Part shown: positions 37,581-47,162 of the stretch, in pieces
Numbering within the stretch: the first letter of the stretch is position 1
Layout of the letters: each line of letters begins with the position of its first letter
Sequence record: PP968062.1
Length of the DNA: 64,000 nucleotides
Reading direction: 5' to 3' (one strand)
Notes under the pieces: generated by a model
Told to the model about the DNA's origin: nothing
What the model saw: only the letters and a program-made list of their open reading frames with translations
The model's database searches: none
Made by a program: the position numbers and the translations under genes

Positions 37581-38060
37581 TTACAGGTTGATGACGGTTA
37601 CGAACTCGAACACGCGGTTCAGCTCTTCGTCGCGGTACGCTTGACGGAAAGGCTTGCCCTCAACGCCGCAATACGGGAAGAACAGTTTGCGATGCTCGGT
37701 CTCACCGAACCAGAAGGTCGTGGTATTGGAATCGATGATCCCATGCGTAGCCACACCACGGATGTTCTGGAATACGTGAACCGCCTTCTCAGCGATCACA
37801 CGCAGTTCCACACCATGTTCGTTCATCATGGCCAGGATGTCCTCACGACTGTAGTCAGTACGCTCGGCATTGGTCATGATCTCGTGAACCAGAGAACGCT
37901 TCTCTTTGTCACCGAAGCAGATGCAAACCAACTGGACCAAAGAGCCTTCGATCTTGAGTTGGTTGATCGGCTTGAACAGAACGATGTTCTCGTACTTGAA
38001 ATCGTTGGTAACGATCAGAACGGAACTGTCGCGTACAGCGATACCCAGACTGTAAGTCAT
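37581..38060 (-). CDS. Possible Ntn-fold protein (Anbu-like N-terminus)
   Basis: MTYSLGIAVRDSSVLIVTND; CFGD; FWFG. Confidence 0.55.
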   Translation of the reverse strand: MTYSLGIAVRDSSVLIVTNDFKYENIVLFKPINQLKIEGSLVQLVCICFGDKEKRSLVHEIMTNAERTDYSREDILAMMNEHGVELRVIAEKAVHVFQNIRGVATHGIIDSNTTTFWFGETEHRKLFFPYCGVEGKPFRQAYRDEELNRVFEFVTVINL

Positions 38061-38064
38061 GTTT

Positions 38065-38424
38065 TTATTCCTCTTTAGAAATTGAAATGGTGGCTACCGC
38101 AGCGACCTCATGATCACGAAGGTAAACCAGTTTTACTTTGTAGTTACCAGCAGGCTGACCCATTGCTAGAAGCATTTTGGGTAGATCAGGCTGAGTGGAG
38201 ACATGCGCCAGCATCAACTGGGCAGTCTTGAAGTCTTGCCAACGGACCACTTCCTGTTGTTGGAAGGTAATAGCCCATACAGCAATCTTTTCCCCTTTCT
38301 TTCTAACGAACCACAGAAGGTCTTGATCGTCTTCGGTCGTGACCTTCATGTAGTACGGAGATTGAACGGGGAGCATCAGGTTACGAACATTATTCGCACC
38401 TGACGTATCCCAGTTGAATACCAT
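38065..38424 (-). CDS. Hypothetical protein
   Basis: GAGG RBS. Confidence 0.72.
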   Translation of the reverse strand: MVFNWDTSGANNVRNLMLPVQSPYYMKVTTEDDQDLLWFVRKKGEKIAVWAITFQQQEVVRWQDFKTAQLMLAHVSTQPDLPKMLLAMGQPAGNYKVKLVYLRDHEVAAVATISISKEE

Positions 38425-38431
38425 GCTTACC

Positions 38432-38662
38432 TCACAGAGTCGGTAGCGGGAATGCCGGATTCACACGGATATCAGCTTCAGTCACGTAGACATAGCTGAT
38501 GGTGGTTTCATCACGACGGATACCGTACATCGCTGGAGCTTTGGCAGGATCAACTACCATGATGCGTCCCGGTTGTTCGGCTTCCATGTACACCTCACCC
38601 TTGCTATTCTTGATCTGGGTGTTGGTGATGATGTAAGTACTACACTTGAATTTCTTTTCCAT
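38432..38662 (-). CDS. Small SH3-like beta protein
   Basis: EAEQPGRIMVVDP pattern; GAGGA RBS. Confidence 0.65.
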   Translation of the reverse strand: MEKKFKCSTYIITNTQIKNSKGEVYMEAEQPGRIMVVDPAKAPAMYGIRRDETTISYVYVTEADIRVNPAFPLPTL

Positions 38663-38669
38663 GTCGTCC

Positions 38670-39314
38670 TCAGTTGAGCCAGCTGTTGTCGGTATCAGCG
38701 AAACGTGCAGCTGAACGATGTGGATAACCAAACGGGATTTGTGGAAGGATGGGTTGATCGATCAAATGTGTCGGATACTCGGGTTCATCGGGGAAGTAGC
38801 CTTCCAGTGAATAGACGAGTTGAATGACACGAACACGATCGGAGTTCGGACCGTAGTAACGACCACAGTTCAAACCAACCCCGTGCATGAATTGATCGGA
38901 ATCGATCGGAATGAAGCGGTAGTAGTAGCGCAGGTTCAGTTGGCTGAGCAACACGTCGTTCAGGTAGTCTGCCCAGTCGCCAGCGCTGTACTGCTCACGT
39001 TCGTGCAGGTCAACCAGATCCAGTGCCAAGGCAGCGCCATTGAAGATCTTACGAACGTAGTCTTTCTCAGTCAGACCCATGGTAACCATTTCAGGTAACC
39101 CCATGCGACCGAGACCGATGGTGTAGCGAGCCTGGGGAATCTCATCAGCGCGACGCGTGTAAATCACGTAATCATCGCTACCGAATTGACTGTTGATGGT
39201 CTGAATGATTTCAGCCACCTTCTTCTCCAGTACATGCGACATTTCGAAAACCGGATTGCTCGGTTGAATAACCATACCGCCCTGAGTACCTGTCATATCG
39301 ACTACAGTGGACAT
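38670..39314 (-). CDS. DUF4262-like protein
   Basis: RYTIGLGRMGLPEMVTMGL; RVIQLVYSLEGYFPDEPEY...QP. Confidence 0.75.
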   Translation of the reverse strand: MSTVVDMTGTQGGMVIQPSNPVFEMSHVLEKKVAEIIQTINSQFGSDDYVIYTRRADEIPQARYTIGLGRMGLPEMVTMGLTEKDYVRKIFNGAALALDLVDLHEREQYSAGDWADYLNDVLLSQLNLRYYYRFIPIDSDQFMHGVGLNCGRYYGPNSDRVRVIQLVYSLEGYFPDEPEYPTHLIDQPILPQIPFGYPHRSAARFADTDNSWLN

Positions 39315-39351
39315 ATTCTCTCCTAAGGGAATAAAGAGGACCCGAAGGCCC

Positions 39352-39711
39352 TCAATTGAGTAACAGATAACCGTACTGAGTTTCTTTCACAGCTTTCCGA
39401 ATACGACCTTCAATCTGCTTAGCTTCAGATTGACTTGCAGGGAACTCCAGCAGTTCTAGATCGCTATTCTCAGGATCACCTTCCATCAACCGATTCATTT
39501 TAGGCCATGGACTAGCCTGGCCTTTGATTCGAGTGATGAGCTGGTCAACATCTTTAGAAACTGTTTTGCTTCGTCCCATAATGAACTTGCCAGTTCCCAG
39601 ATGGACCACACAGTACAGCCCACTCGTCACTATATCTTTACGCTTCCCCCTACCCCAGATAGTCGAAGACCATTTGTTGTATTGGGTTTCACCGTGGAAT
39701 GCCTGTTGCAT
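39352..39711 (-). CDS. Degenerate GIY-YIG-like protein
   Basis: SGLYCVVHLGTGKFIMGRS...AKQIEGRI. Confidence 0.55.
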   Translation of the reverse strand: MQQAFHGETQYNKWSSTIWGRGKRKDIVTSGLYCVVHLGTGKFIMGRSKTVSKDVDQLITRIKGQASPWPKMNRLMEGDPENSDLELLEFPASQSEAKQIEGRIRKAVKETQYGYLLLN

Positions 39712-39755
39712 TTTCAGATCCTTGCTAAATGACTATTACATTTAGCATCCCAGTA

Positions 39756-40280
39756 TTACTTGTGGTACTCTGGGTACAGGCGCCGGGATTCTCCGTTGTA
39801 TTCAATAACGATAGTTTCCAACTTGTTGAGAATCTCAGCCATCTTCAGGTATGCATCACGTCCCTCTTTGTGCTGGTCATACAAAGGATCGAATACACCG
39901 ATCGATTCCATTTCAGCATCGAGTTGAATGGCTTTGTCCAATGCCTCACAAGAGGTCATGAAGATCTGACGTCCTTCCATCGCCACTTTCAGTTGTATTT
40001 CGAGAATACGGTTGTAACCCTTACGGAAGAACTCTGGATTACCGTCATAACCTTTTGCAACCGCACGCCGGAAGAGTTCAACATCTACCGGAATATCGGT
40101 GGCGATACCGTTATGACTACCTACCACAAAACGACGACCACTGGAATCGGTTGCGTAGAACAGGCTGGTACCGTCCATTTCTTCTTGCAGGGTTAATACC
40201 CAGCCAGGTTGATAGATGACACCGGGGTTGTCGGTGGTGGACAGGGTGGTAGTGGTGAAGAACTGATCACCTACTTTCAT
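39756..40280 (-). CDS. Hypothetical protein (SH3-like N-terminus, helical C-terminus)
   Basis: AAGGA RBS. Confidence 0.72.
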   Translation of the reverse strand: MKVGDQFFTTTTLSTTDNPGVIYQPGWVLTLQEEMDGTSLFYATDSSGRRFVVGSHNGIATDIPVDVELFRRAVAKGYDGNPEFFRKGYNRILEIQLKVAMEGRQIFMTSCEALDKAIQLDAEMESIGVFDPLYDQHKEGRDAYLKMAEILNKLETIVIEYNGESRRLYPEYHK

Positions 40281-40319
40281 TTGGAGTTTCCTTTTAAATT
40301 GAGTTGAGAAAGTGGAGCG

Positions 40320-40589
40320 TCAGTAAATCACAAGCTGACGCCGAGTGGCATAGAACGAAACCGCTTCTGGATCTTTCTCCAGAACGACTTCATAGGTATC
40401 TTCGTTGACCTTACGGATGATCTTGAGATAATCACCCTTGTTGGCCATAACCAGACCAGGACCAGAATCACCGACGTTGGCGGTGATGTTTTCGAGAGCA
40501 GCAGCTTTTGCAGTCATGAGTTCAATCTTCTCCATATAGGGTTCAAGGAATTCAACAGCTTTACCAACAAGTTCGTGTAGAAAGCCCAT
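40320..40589 (-). CDS. Amphipathic helix + SH3-like protein
   Basis: MANKGDYLKIIRKVNEDTYEV. Confidence 0.7.
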   Translation of the reverse strand: MGFLHELVGKAVEFLEPYMEKIELMTAKAAALENITANVGDSGPGLVMANKGDYLKIIRKVNEDTYEVVLEKDPEAVSFYATRRQLVIY

Positions 40590-40591
40590 GG

Positions 40592-40891
40592 TTATTTACC
40601 GTAGTCGTTGAAGGTGTCTTCCATATCACTGAACGGAATGGTTTCGATTTGATCGTAGTTGTCACGGTTGATCACACGGAAACCACCTGCCGGGTTATCC
40701 GTATCCTCACAAATGATTTCCAGATCATCACCTTCGTTTGCATACTTGGTCTCAGTATAACCTTTTTCTCGATCAGTACGCGTGATGAAAATATCGCGAG
40801 CAGCTTGTAGGACCATCCCTTTTACGAGATCGTTCTTAGCCAAGTTCGCACTGAGTTTCATTGTATCGTTAATGAGGGCACTGAAGTTCAT
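40592..40891 (-). CDS. Amphipathic helix + SH3-like protein
   Basis: YANEGDDLEIICEDTDNPAGGFRV. Confidence 0.7.
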   Translation of the reverse strand: MNFSALINDTMKLSANLAKNDLVKGMVLQAARDIFITRTDREKGYTETKYANEGDDLEIICEDTDNPAGGFRVINRDNYDQIETIPFSDMEDTFNDYGK

Positions 40892-41000
40892 TTCTTTTTA
40901 CCTTTTACTTTTTCGGTATCTACATCTTTACGCGTTCTCCACTTTTGATCGAGGATCGAGTTGATGATGTATTTTTGACGAGTTGGAACTGGTTGCATCG

Positions 41001-41357
41001 TTAACCCATTATGAGTTGTGAGATGGTGATATTCAAATCACGTTGGAAAAGATTTGCAGACGGATTGTCTAATTTGTGGTTAGCATGTGCACAAATCTCG
41101 TTAGTGTTGCGATCAACGAACACCGTCAGGAAACGTTTATCGCGTCCCTGGAAGATGCAGTTGACAACCATCAGACGATCGTCATTTTCACCGCCGCGCA
41201 TTTCAGCTACGTAGTCGATCTTGTCCGACATGGCCTCTACGAGCGCCTTGGTGATGTCGACGGTCTTCATGCCAGCTTCGTGTTGCCTTTTGTAATACTC
41301 GCGTATAACCGCTTCTGCCGCCGCGTTACGCGCCAGACGAATTAGTTCTTCAAGCAT
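41001..41357 (-). CDS. Hypothetical protein
   Basis: First gene after promoter at 41383. Confidence 0.72.
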   Translation of the reverse strand: MLEELIRLARNAAAEAVIREYYKRQHEAGMKTVDITKALVEAMSDKIDYVAEMRGGENDDRLMVVNCIFQGRDKRFLTVFVDRNTNEICAHANHKLDNPSANLFQRDLNITISQLIMG

Positions 41358-41382
41358 GTGAAATCCCCAGGTTGACATGTTT

Positions 41383-41412
41383 GTAATATAGTGTTCTAAA
41401 CACTTTGAATGC
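41383..41412 (-). promoter_or_regulatory. Early promoter (TATATTAC)
   Basis: GTAATATAG at 41383, between terminator and next ATG. Confidence 0.75.
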
Positions 41413-41449
41413 AACGGTATAAACTCTCCCACTAGGGGAGAGCTTATGT

Positions 41450-41890
41450 TTATTCTACCAACGAGAACTTGACACCGATGATCGGAGATTCCCGGTCGAT
41501 CTTGATCACAGCATGGCCAGTAATACCATCAACTTCGAAAGTGGTACCCCAACGCAGACCATCCATCTTGGATACCATTCCGAAACGGAAGATACCGTCG
41601 CGCCGGATTTCGATCGGATCATGTGCAGTAACCGGATGGAACAAAATGTTATCGCCTGAATCAACGTAAGCGATTTCTTCGATCACCAGCTTGCGAATGT
41701 CCTCATCACCACCACAGAGGGTGAAGATATTAAATGGAGAGTCCACTTTTACATAGCTGGAAAGAACCGAACCGATACCTTCGATATCAACACGGAAGAC
41801 CGGCATGCGCAGGTGTTGAGCAAAGTGCTTATCGCTCTTGCCCATTTGGTAAAGGGGAACGCGGGTGGAACCGGCGACTTGTGTAGTCAT
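41450..41890 (-). CDS. Hypothetical protein
   Basis: GGAG RBS. Confidence 0.75.
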   Translation of the reverse strand: MTTQVAGSTRVPLYQMGKSDKHFAQHLRMPVFRVDIEGIGSVLSSYVKVDSPFNIFTLCGGDEDIRKLVIEEIAYVDSGDNILFHPVTAHDPIEIRRDGIFRFGMVSKMDGLRWGTTFEVDGITGHAVIKIDRESPIIGVKFSLVE

Positions 41891-42267
41891 CAGTATTCTC
41901 CGTATTTGTAATTGAAGTTAATAGGGTGGTCTAATCTTGACCTAACGATACGCTTGGTCTGATTCAGTGAAGCTTCGACAACATAGTAAAAGGCAGGCTG
42001 TTTCACCAAATCTTCTCGATAGCGATTGTCCAATATGACGGCATCATTGGAAACGTAGACATAAAATGGGGAGTCTAAATTTTCAATGATGACTGGATTC
42101 GAACACACGGGAGTAGTTCTTATTCCGTCATGTGAGTATCCAACTACTTCTACTTTCATTAAGTCATGGTTCCCAACATGAGGAACCATGACTATTACCA
42201 TTATCCACGCAAGTAAGATAGCGGTTAATTTTAGCAGAATGGATAACTCAACGAGAGTCCTATCCAT
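41890..42267 (-). CDS. Membrane-anchored protein
   Basis: Hydrophobic N-terminus; AT-richer than neighbours. Confidence 0.65.
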   Translation of the reverse strand: MDRTLVELSILLKLTAILLAWIMVIVMVPHVGNHDLMKVEVVGYSHDGIRTTPVCSNPVIIENLDSPFYVYVSNDAVILDNRYREDLVKQPAFYYVVEASLNQTKRIVRSRLDHPINFNYKYGEY

Positions 42268-42281
42268 AAAGGATCTCCGAG

Positions 42282-42674
42282 TTAGATGGTCCTCCAATCG
42301 ATTATACTGTTTACACCCTTGATATCGAACTCCTCGAATTTGTAAGCACCGCCACCCCTCAGCCACACTTGGTGATAGCTGAAGTATTGGACATCCGCAT
42401 CAGCAGAGATCAGTTCGATCTCCAGATTAGTAAGGGATTTGTGGTAAGTAACCTCACCATTCCGGATAACCACATAGAACTGGTTCTTACCGTTACGCAG
42501 GCCGTGACAGTTACCTTTGTTCTTGATGGTAACCTTACGACCTACTTCGCCACGTATATGTAATACATTTACGACGAAGTGTTTCCTGATTCTTAGGGTG
42601 AAACGAACGGCCAGTACAGTGAGTGCCAGAAAGACGACTGTTACACCCAGATGCACCAAAGTTTCGGAAAGCAT
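42282..42674 (-). CDS. Membrane-anchored protein
   Basis: N-terminal TM; GAGG RBS. Confidence 0.72.
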   Translation of the reverse strand: MLSETLVHLGVTVVFLALTVLAVRFTLRIRKHFVVNVLHIRGEVGRKVTIKNKGNCHGLRNGKNQFYVVIRNGEVTYHKSLTNLEIELISADADVQYFSYHQVWLRGGGAYKFEEFDIKGVNSIIDWRTI

Positions 42675-42681
42675 GGCTACC

Positions 42682-42942
42682 TCATTGAATATTAAGTTGA
42701 CGAGTCAGACCGTGGTTGGAGGGGATCTCCACAATATCCAACTCGACATCGTCTTTCACTCGGTATACTCGTTCGAGTACACCACTCATATTACATTCAA
42801 AACGAAGACCAGAATCGGGATGAATACCGAGCGACACCCAGCTAGTGTCGTCGTCCAGCGAAAACGTAAACTTGTTTTGAGTTTCCGCCTTCTGTACCAG
42901 CCATTCGCCTTCACACTTAACCAACTTGGTGTTTGTATTCAT
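42682..42942 (-). CDS. Hypothetical protein
   Basis: GGAG RBS. Confidence 0.7.
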   Translation of the reverse strand: MNTNTKLVKCEGEWLVQKAETQNKFTFSLDDDTSWVSLGIHPDSGLRFECNMSGVLERVYRVKDDVELDIVEIPSNHGLTRQLNIQ

Positions 42943-42944
42943 TA

Positions 42945-43367
42945 CTACTCTCCTGGGAGTTTCACGACCTTACTGACGTCATGACCATTGTCATGTATTT
43001 CGTCTGTCGTATGAGCTTGAAGATAAAGATAGGTAATTTGCACGGCTCGTCCGATGGAATCCGCCCAAACGCAAAGTGTTTTAGTTCGGTACTCTTGCTT
43101 CTCCCACGAATAGCGCTTCGGCTCTCGGTAGGTAAGCTCGATGTTCAAGGTAACGAATTGCTTCGATTCCTTTGCCGACTCGAACATTTTGAGATTGTCT
43201 TCCTCGCTTACCAACAGTTTATTGGCATCGATAAAGGATCCATAATAGCAAGTCCGACCACATAGCATTTGTTGCAAAGTGGCCTTTCCGTTGAAGCGAC
43301 GAGGTTTCAGTTCTACTCGCCAACTCCAATCCAAAAGGTTCTCGATTTGTTCTTCCAGGTTATCCAT
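42945..43367 (-). CDS. Hypothetical protein
   Basis: Coupled start. Confidence 0.72.
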   Translation of the reverse strand: MDNLEEQIENLLDWSWRVELKPRRFNGKATLQQMLCGRTCYYGSFIDANKLLVSEEDNLKMFESAKESKQFVTLNIELTYREPKRYSWEKQEYRTKTLCVWADSIGRAVQITYLYLQAHTTDEIHDNGHDVSKVVKLPGE

Positions 43368-43717
43368 TATGGCATCTCGAATTGAACGGTGATAGTCGAC
43401 TTACCTTGCGAGTACTCGATGAACGGGTTAACGTAACCCAGACGCATGATCCATTGACGGAGTTCTTGGTAGTCAGCCATATTCCACGGCATACTACCCA
43501 TGCTAACCCGATAGACCAGACCTTTGGTCGGATCTTTGAGTCGCCAGTTCGCTGAATCCAGTACACCAGAGCGAATGATCATCCTGATTTGATCAACGAC
43601 GCAGTTTGCTTCGGGGTTAGCTTCTCGCACTATACGGAAAGCTTCAGATGCTTTACTCATGTTATCGAAGTTGACCACGAAGCTGTAGCCGTGGCCTTGC
43701 TTAACTTGCATTTTCAA
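43367..43717 (-). CDS. Hypothetical protein
   Basis: Operon packing. Confidence 0.72.
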   Translation of the reverse strand: MKMQVKQGHGYSFVVNFDNMSKASEAFRIVREANPEANCVVDQIRMIIRSGVLDSANWRLKDPTKGLVYRVSMGSMPWNMADYQELRQWIMRLGYVNPFIEYSQGKSTITVQFEMP

Positions 43718-43765
43718 ATTCCTAAAGAAAAAGGTATAGAAAGGGGACCCGAAGGTCCCCTGTTA

Positions 43766-44239
43766 TCAGTTCAGAGAATCGCGATGAGCGTACTCGAAGG
43801 TATCGACATCTGCAACCATGTTGAACACAGCGATGATCGCGCTCATGGGTTTCTTACCCATGTTGAAATGCACGACGAAGCTGTCCTTGTAACACTCGAT
43901 GGAACGAATACCATAGACGACGTTGATGCGGTCGATCTGATTGCGAACAACCAGAACTTCTTCATCGGTCATATTCTCGATGTAATTCTCGATCAGCTGG
44001 AACACACGCTCATCACCCAGTATCAGATTTTTGCGCTCGACTTCCACCGGAGCGAAGGTCAGCAGATGAGGCATGAACTCCGGCAGGGCTTCCACGTTGA
44101 ACAACAGCTTGTCGTCCAGCAGAGGAGATGCACGATACAGATCGGACAGAACGATGTTACCGTTCACGATCTCGATCTTGTCTTCTTGAGCCAGTGCAGT
44201 AGCCAGACGACGATCAGCAGCGTTGTTAGAACCGAACAT
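43766..44239 (-). CDS. Hypothetical protein, probably highly expressed
   Basis: Strong codon bias, AAGGA RBS, own terminator. Confidence 0.78.
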   Translation of the reverse strand: MFGSNNAADRRLATALAQEDKIEIVNGNIVLSDLYRASPLLDDKLLFNVEALPEFMPHLLTFAPVEVERKNLILGDERVFQLIENYIENMTDEEVLVVRNQIDRINVVYGIRSIECYKDSFVVHFNMGKKPMSAIIAVFNMVADVDTFEYAHRDSLN

Positions 44240-44283
44240 TGAAATTTCCTTTTAGTAAAGAGTCAGTAGATTAGGGACCTGGG

Positions 44284-44853
44284 TTAAGCTTCCCAGGTGT
44301 CTTTCCAGCGAGTTACAGGAAGTTGGAACGTCTCACAGAGTTTAGTTACTGCGCGATGTTCCAGATTGTTCTCCGGATGGAACGTGATGGGGCTCATGGA
44401 GCAACCCCAGTCAACACGACATCCGGTTTCTTTGTGAATCTCACTGAGGACAGTGTAAGAACCACCGCCATCATCATAACCCATTTTGTACGGGTTGACG
44501 CAGATCTGGGTATTGTGCTTCATCATGACTTTGTCGACTTCGATCGTCAGCAGCCGAACGAACTCGTCAGTCTTGGAGATGTCGTCTACCCAGAACTCCA
44601 GGAGAATCCACTTGCCACGTGGGTCATTATGACCGCCTTGGAAGAATACACTGAAACCTTGTTTTGCTTGATAGAACGGAGAGGACATCAGGTTACATGT
44701 AACAACCCGATGAACAGCTTCCCATACGCGCTCAGTGACGTAATCGCCGTAGAGTTCGATGCAGGGGCCACGACCGGGGAAGCTTTCTTTCGGTGCGAAT
44801 TTGAGTTCGAACATTTTTACACTCCCGATTGGTAGCGCTTGTAGCGAACCCAC
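44284..44853 (-). CDS. Hypothetical protein
   Basis: 189 aa. Confidence 0.72.
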   Translation of the reverse strand: MGSLQALPIGSVKMFELKFAPKESFPGRGPCIELYGDYVTERVWEAVHRVVTCNLMSSPFYQAKQGFSVFFQGGHNDPRGKWILLEFWVDDISKTDEFVRLLTIEVDKVMMKHNTQICVNPYKMGYDDGGGSYTVLSEIHKETGCRVDWGCSMSPITFHPENNLEHRAVTKLCETFQLPVTRWKDTWEA

Positions 44854-45209
44854 TGCCCATTACATGGACGTTGGAATTCGAGGGTATCCATCATGTGGTA
44901 ACCGAAGTGCTCGATGATCCACAGAGCCACTTGCTTGGAACGCTTCATGCCCATTTCACAATGGACAACGATGTTCTCGCCGTTACAGGCTTTCACCCAT
45001 TCGATGAGTTCAGCATTCCGAGCATTGACCGGGTTATCGAACCCATCGATCTCGAAGACGTTCACACCGGGATCGATACCGTAGTTATCCTTACGGTTAT
45101 ACTCGATACTGATCAGGTTGGTGCCGGGATTAACTGCGCAACCAACTGCGCGCGGCACATGGATGACGCCTTTACGTTTACGAGTAACCTTTACGGATAC
45201 GATGCTCAT
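44817..45209 (-). CDS. CX5R (PTP/dual-specificity-like) phosphatase
   Basis: VVHCEMGMKRSKQVA signature. Confidence 0.82.
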   Translation of the reverse strand: MSIVSVKVTRKRKGVIHVPRAVGCAVNPGTNLISIEYNRKDNYGIDPGVNVFEIDGFDNPVNARNAELIEWVKACNGENIVVHCEMGMKRSKQVALWIIEHFGYHMMDTLEFQRPCNGQWVRYKRYQSGV

Positions 45210-45490
45210 TTGAAGTCTACCTCACGCAGTGCACGAATCAGTTTGTCTTTCGCTTCAACGCTGGAGCTCCAGCATTCCACGATGTCGTAACCATGCTCAT
45301 CTTTCTTCATGAAAGCGCGAGCATCTTGTCCCAGCTTGCCAGCAACGTGCATGTTGTAGGCCTGGAAACGCTCGGGGGTCATGGTGACCGGATCCAGGTG
45401 GATAGTGGTAACCATGTCGGACAGATTGTTATAAGTCATCATTTTGATTTCCTTTTTAAACAGTGATATCGCGTTTGTGAACACTAACAA
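45206..45490 (-). CDS. Hypothetical protein
   Basis: Probable start at MMTYNN. Confidence 0.7.
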   Translation of the reverse strand: MLVFTNAISLFKKEIKMMTYNNLSDMVTTIHLDPVTMTPERFQAYNMHVAGKLGQDARAFMKKDEHGYDIVECWSSSVEAKDKLIRALREVDFK

Positions 45491-46070
45491 AGGTCAGTTT
45501 GCTAGTGCGTTTGAGGATGTGTGCAGAGAGTACCTTCGAACCGTTGAAAACGTCGGTATCGAGGATCTCTTCTGGTGTTGCTTCCGATGCAGCAGCGCCG
45601 AGATACGCATTGAGGTGATTCGCCTGGAACCAGCTGCGAATGATCATCGCGTCTTCGATGTCTTCAACGAAGCGGATTTTAGTCGGATCTTCACTGGGAG
45701 CCAGGAAGAGACTCTTGCGGCCGTTCTCGAATTCGAGATAGAACTCTTCATGGAGATCGGTCTCACTGATCTCTCTTTCCTCTTCCAGGATTTCATGGTA
45801 TTTAACGCAACCATGTACCAGACCCAGATCGACTTCCGAATCACCATACCAAGTTGCCTTGGCAAGCTCCAGGAATTCCAGAGCATCGTTGAACAGCTTG
45901 AACACTACGCCGTAACGACGAGCATCCTCGACGCTGAAGTCTTTGGCCAGTTGGTTATGTACGATGAACACCGGACGGCTGTAGATGAAGTCTACATACA
46001 GACGGAGCTCACACGCAACGGGAATACCATCAACAGTATTCTCCAGGATCACTTCACGCAGTTGTTTCAT
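45456..46070 (-). CDS. Hypothetical protein
   Basis: First gene after tandem promoters. Confidence 0.78.
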   Translation of the reverse strand: MKQLREVILENTVDGIPVACELRLYVDFIYSRPVFIVHNQLAKDFSVEDARRYGVVFKLFNDALEFLELAKATWYGDSEVDLGLVHGCVKYHEILEEEREISETDLHEEFYLEFENGRKSLFLAPSEDPTKIRFVEDIEDAMIIRSWFQANHLNAYLGAAASEATPEEILDTDVFNGSKVLSAHILKRTSKLTFVSVHKRDITV

Positions 46071-46108
46071 TGTATCTTCCTTTTTACACGGGGTTGAATA
46101 TCACATTT

Positions 46109-46190
46109 GTAATATAGGGTTTTAAAAGGTTTAAATATAACCTTCTATTTATCACAGTTGTAATATAGGCTTTTAATGCCTTTAAATGTA
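46109..46190 (-). promoter_or_regulatory. Tandem early promoters
   Basis: GTAATATAG-g-(T/C)TTTTAA...TTTAAAT at 46109 and 46160. Confidence 0.82.
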
Positions 46191-46241
46191 AAAGAAAAAA
46201 AAAACGGCATAACGCCTCTCCCGAAGGAGAGGCTATTATGT

Positions 46242-46625
46242 TTACTCGCCTTGACCTTCACCACCGGTTTCCGGAGGAGTGGTCTCGCCGCCTTCGCCAC
46301 CAGTACCGGGTTCTTCCGGACCTTCGGGCTCAGTGGTTTGTTCTTCAACGTAGAAGCTGACGAACATTTCGTTGCCGTTCTTGATTTCAACGGAAACGGA
46401 TTTCCAACCGGCGTCTTCGATGGCTTTCTTCAGAGCAGCTACAGAAGTATCAGCGATGTTCACGCCACGGAAGTGACGGTGTACAAAGTGTACTTTCTGC
46501 TCGGCGTCGTTCAGGAAGTCAACGGTACCCGGCAGGGACAGGTATTCGTTGATAGCATCTTCGTACTGAGCAATCTCAGCTTCGGACATTGCCTTGCCGG
46601 CTTCGTCCAGGGAATAAATCGCCAT
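46242..46625 (-). CDS. Acidic protein with Gly/Glu/Pro-rich tail
   Basis: PEGPEEPGTGGEGGETTPPETGGEGQGE. Confidence 0.75.
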   Translation of the reverse strand: MAIYSLDEAGKAMSEAEIAQYEDAINEYLSLPGTVDFLNDAEQKVHFVHRHFRGVNIADTSVAALKKAIEDAGWKSVSVEIKNGNEMFVSFYVEEQTTEPEGPEEPGTGGEGGETTPPETGGEGQGE

Positions 46626-46675
46626 TGGTGATTCTCCATAGTCATGAACAGCGGTATTGCTGCACATAACATCGG

Positions 46676-47101
46676 TCACTTCACCGGAATAATTCCAAAT
46701 GCCAATTCCGTACGTACGCCAGTTTGCGCTTCAGTTACTTGTTCAACCTTAACACTCCATTCGGGTTCACCCACTAAGGTAACCTCTAGAATAGAATGCG
46801 TTTCCTCGTTAGCCATGTGATAGGCGGATGCTTCAGAGTGATAAATTTCGACATCGCGATCCCGACAGCAAAGAAACACAGACGACTGAGTCTCAGGGAA
46901 ATCTAGATAGACTTGTTTGAAGTCAGCGTATGCAATCATGTTGTTGCCTACGTAGTGCGTCATCCCAGCTAGGATCACGCGACGCTTTTCTTTCTTCTTA
47001 GGTTTCTCTTTCTTAGCTTCTTCGCCACGAGGTAGAGATAACCATACCAACCCAGCTAAGATCAGCAGGATAATGGCCGAGGTAGGAATAGTAAAAGGCA
47101 T
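46676..47101 (-). CDS. Membrane-anchored protein
   Basis: N-terminal TM then Lys-rich linker. Confidence 0.75.
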   Translation of the reverse strand: MPFTIPTSAIILLILAGLVWLSLPRGEEAKKEKPKKKEKRRVILAGMTHYVGNNMIAYADFKQVYLDFPETQSSVFLCCRDRDVEIYHSEASAYHMANEETHSILEVTLVGEPEWSVKVEQVTEAQTGVRTELAFGIIPVK

Positions 47102-47162
47102 GACACCACCTAAAAATTAAAAATGGCAGAAAGCTGTCCCCGAAGGGACAGCCTTATGTCGA

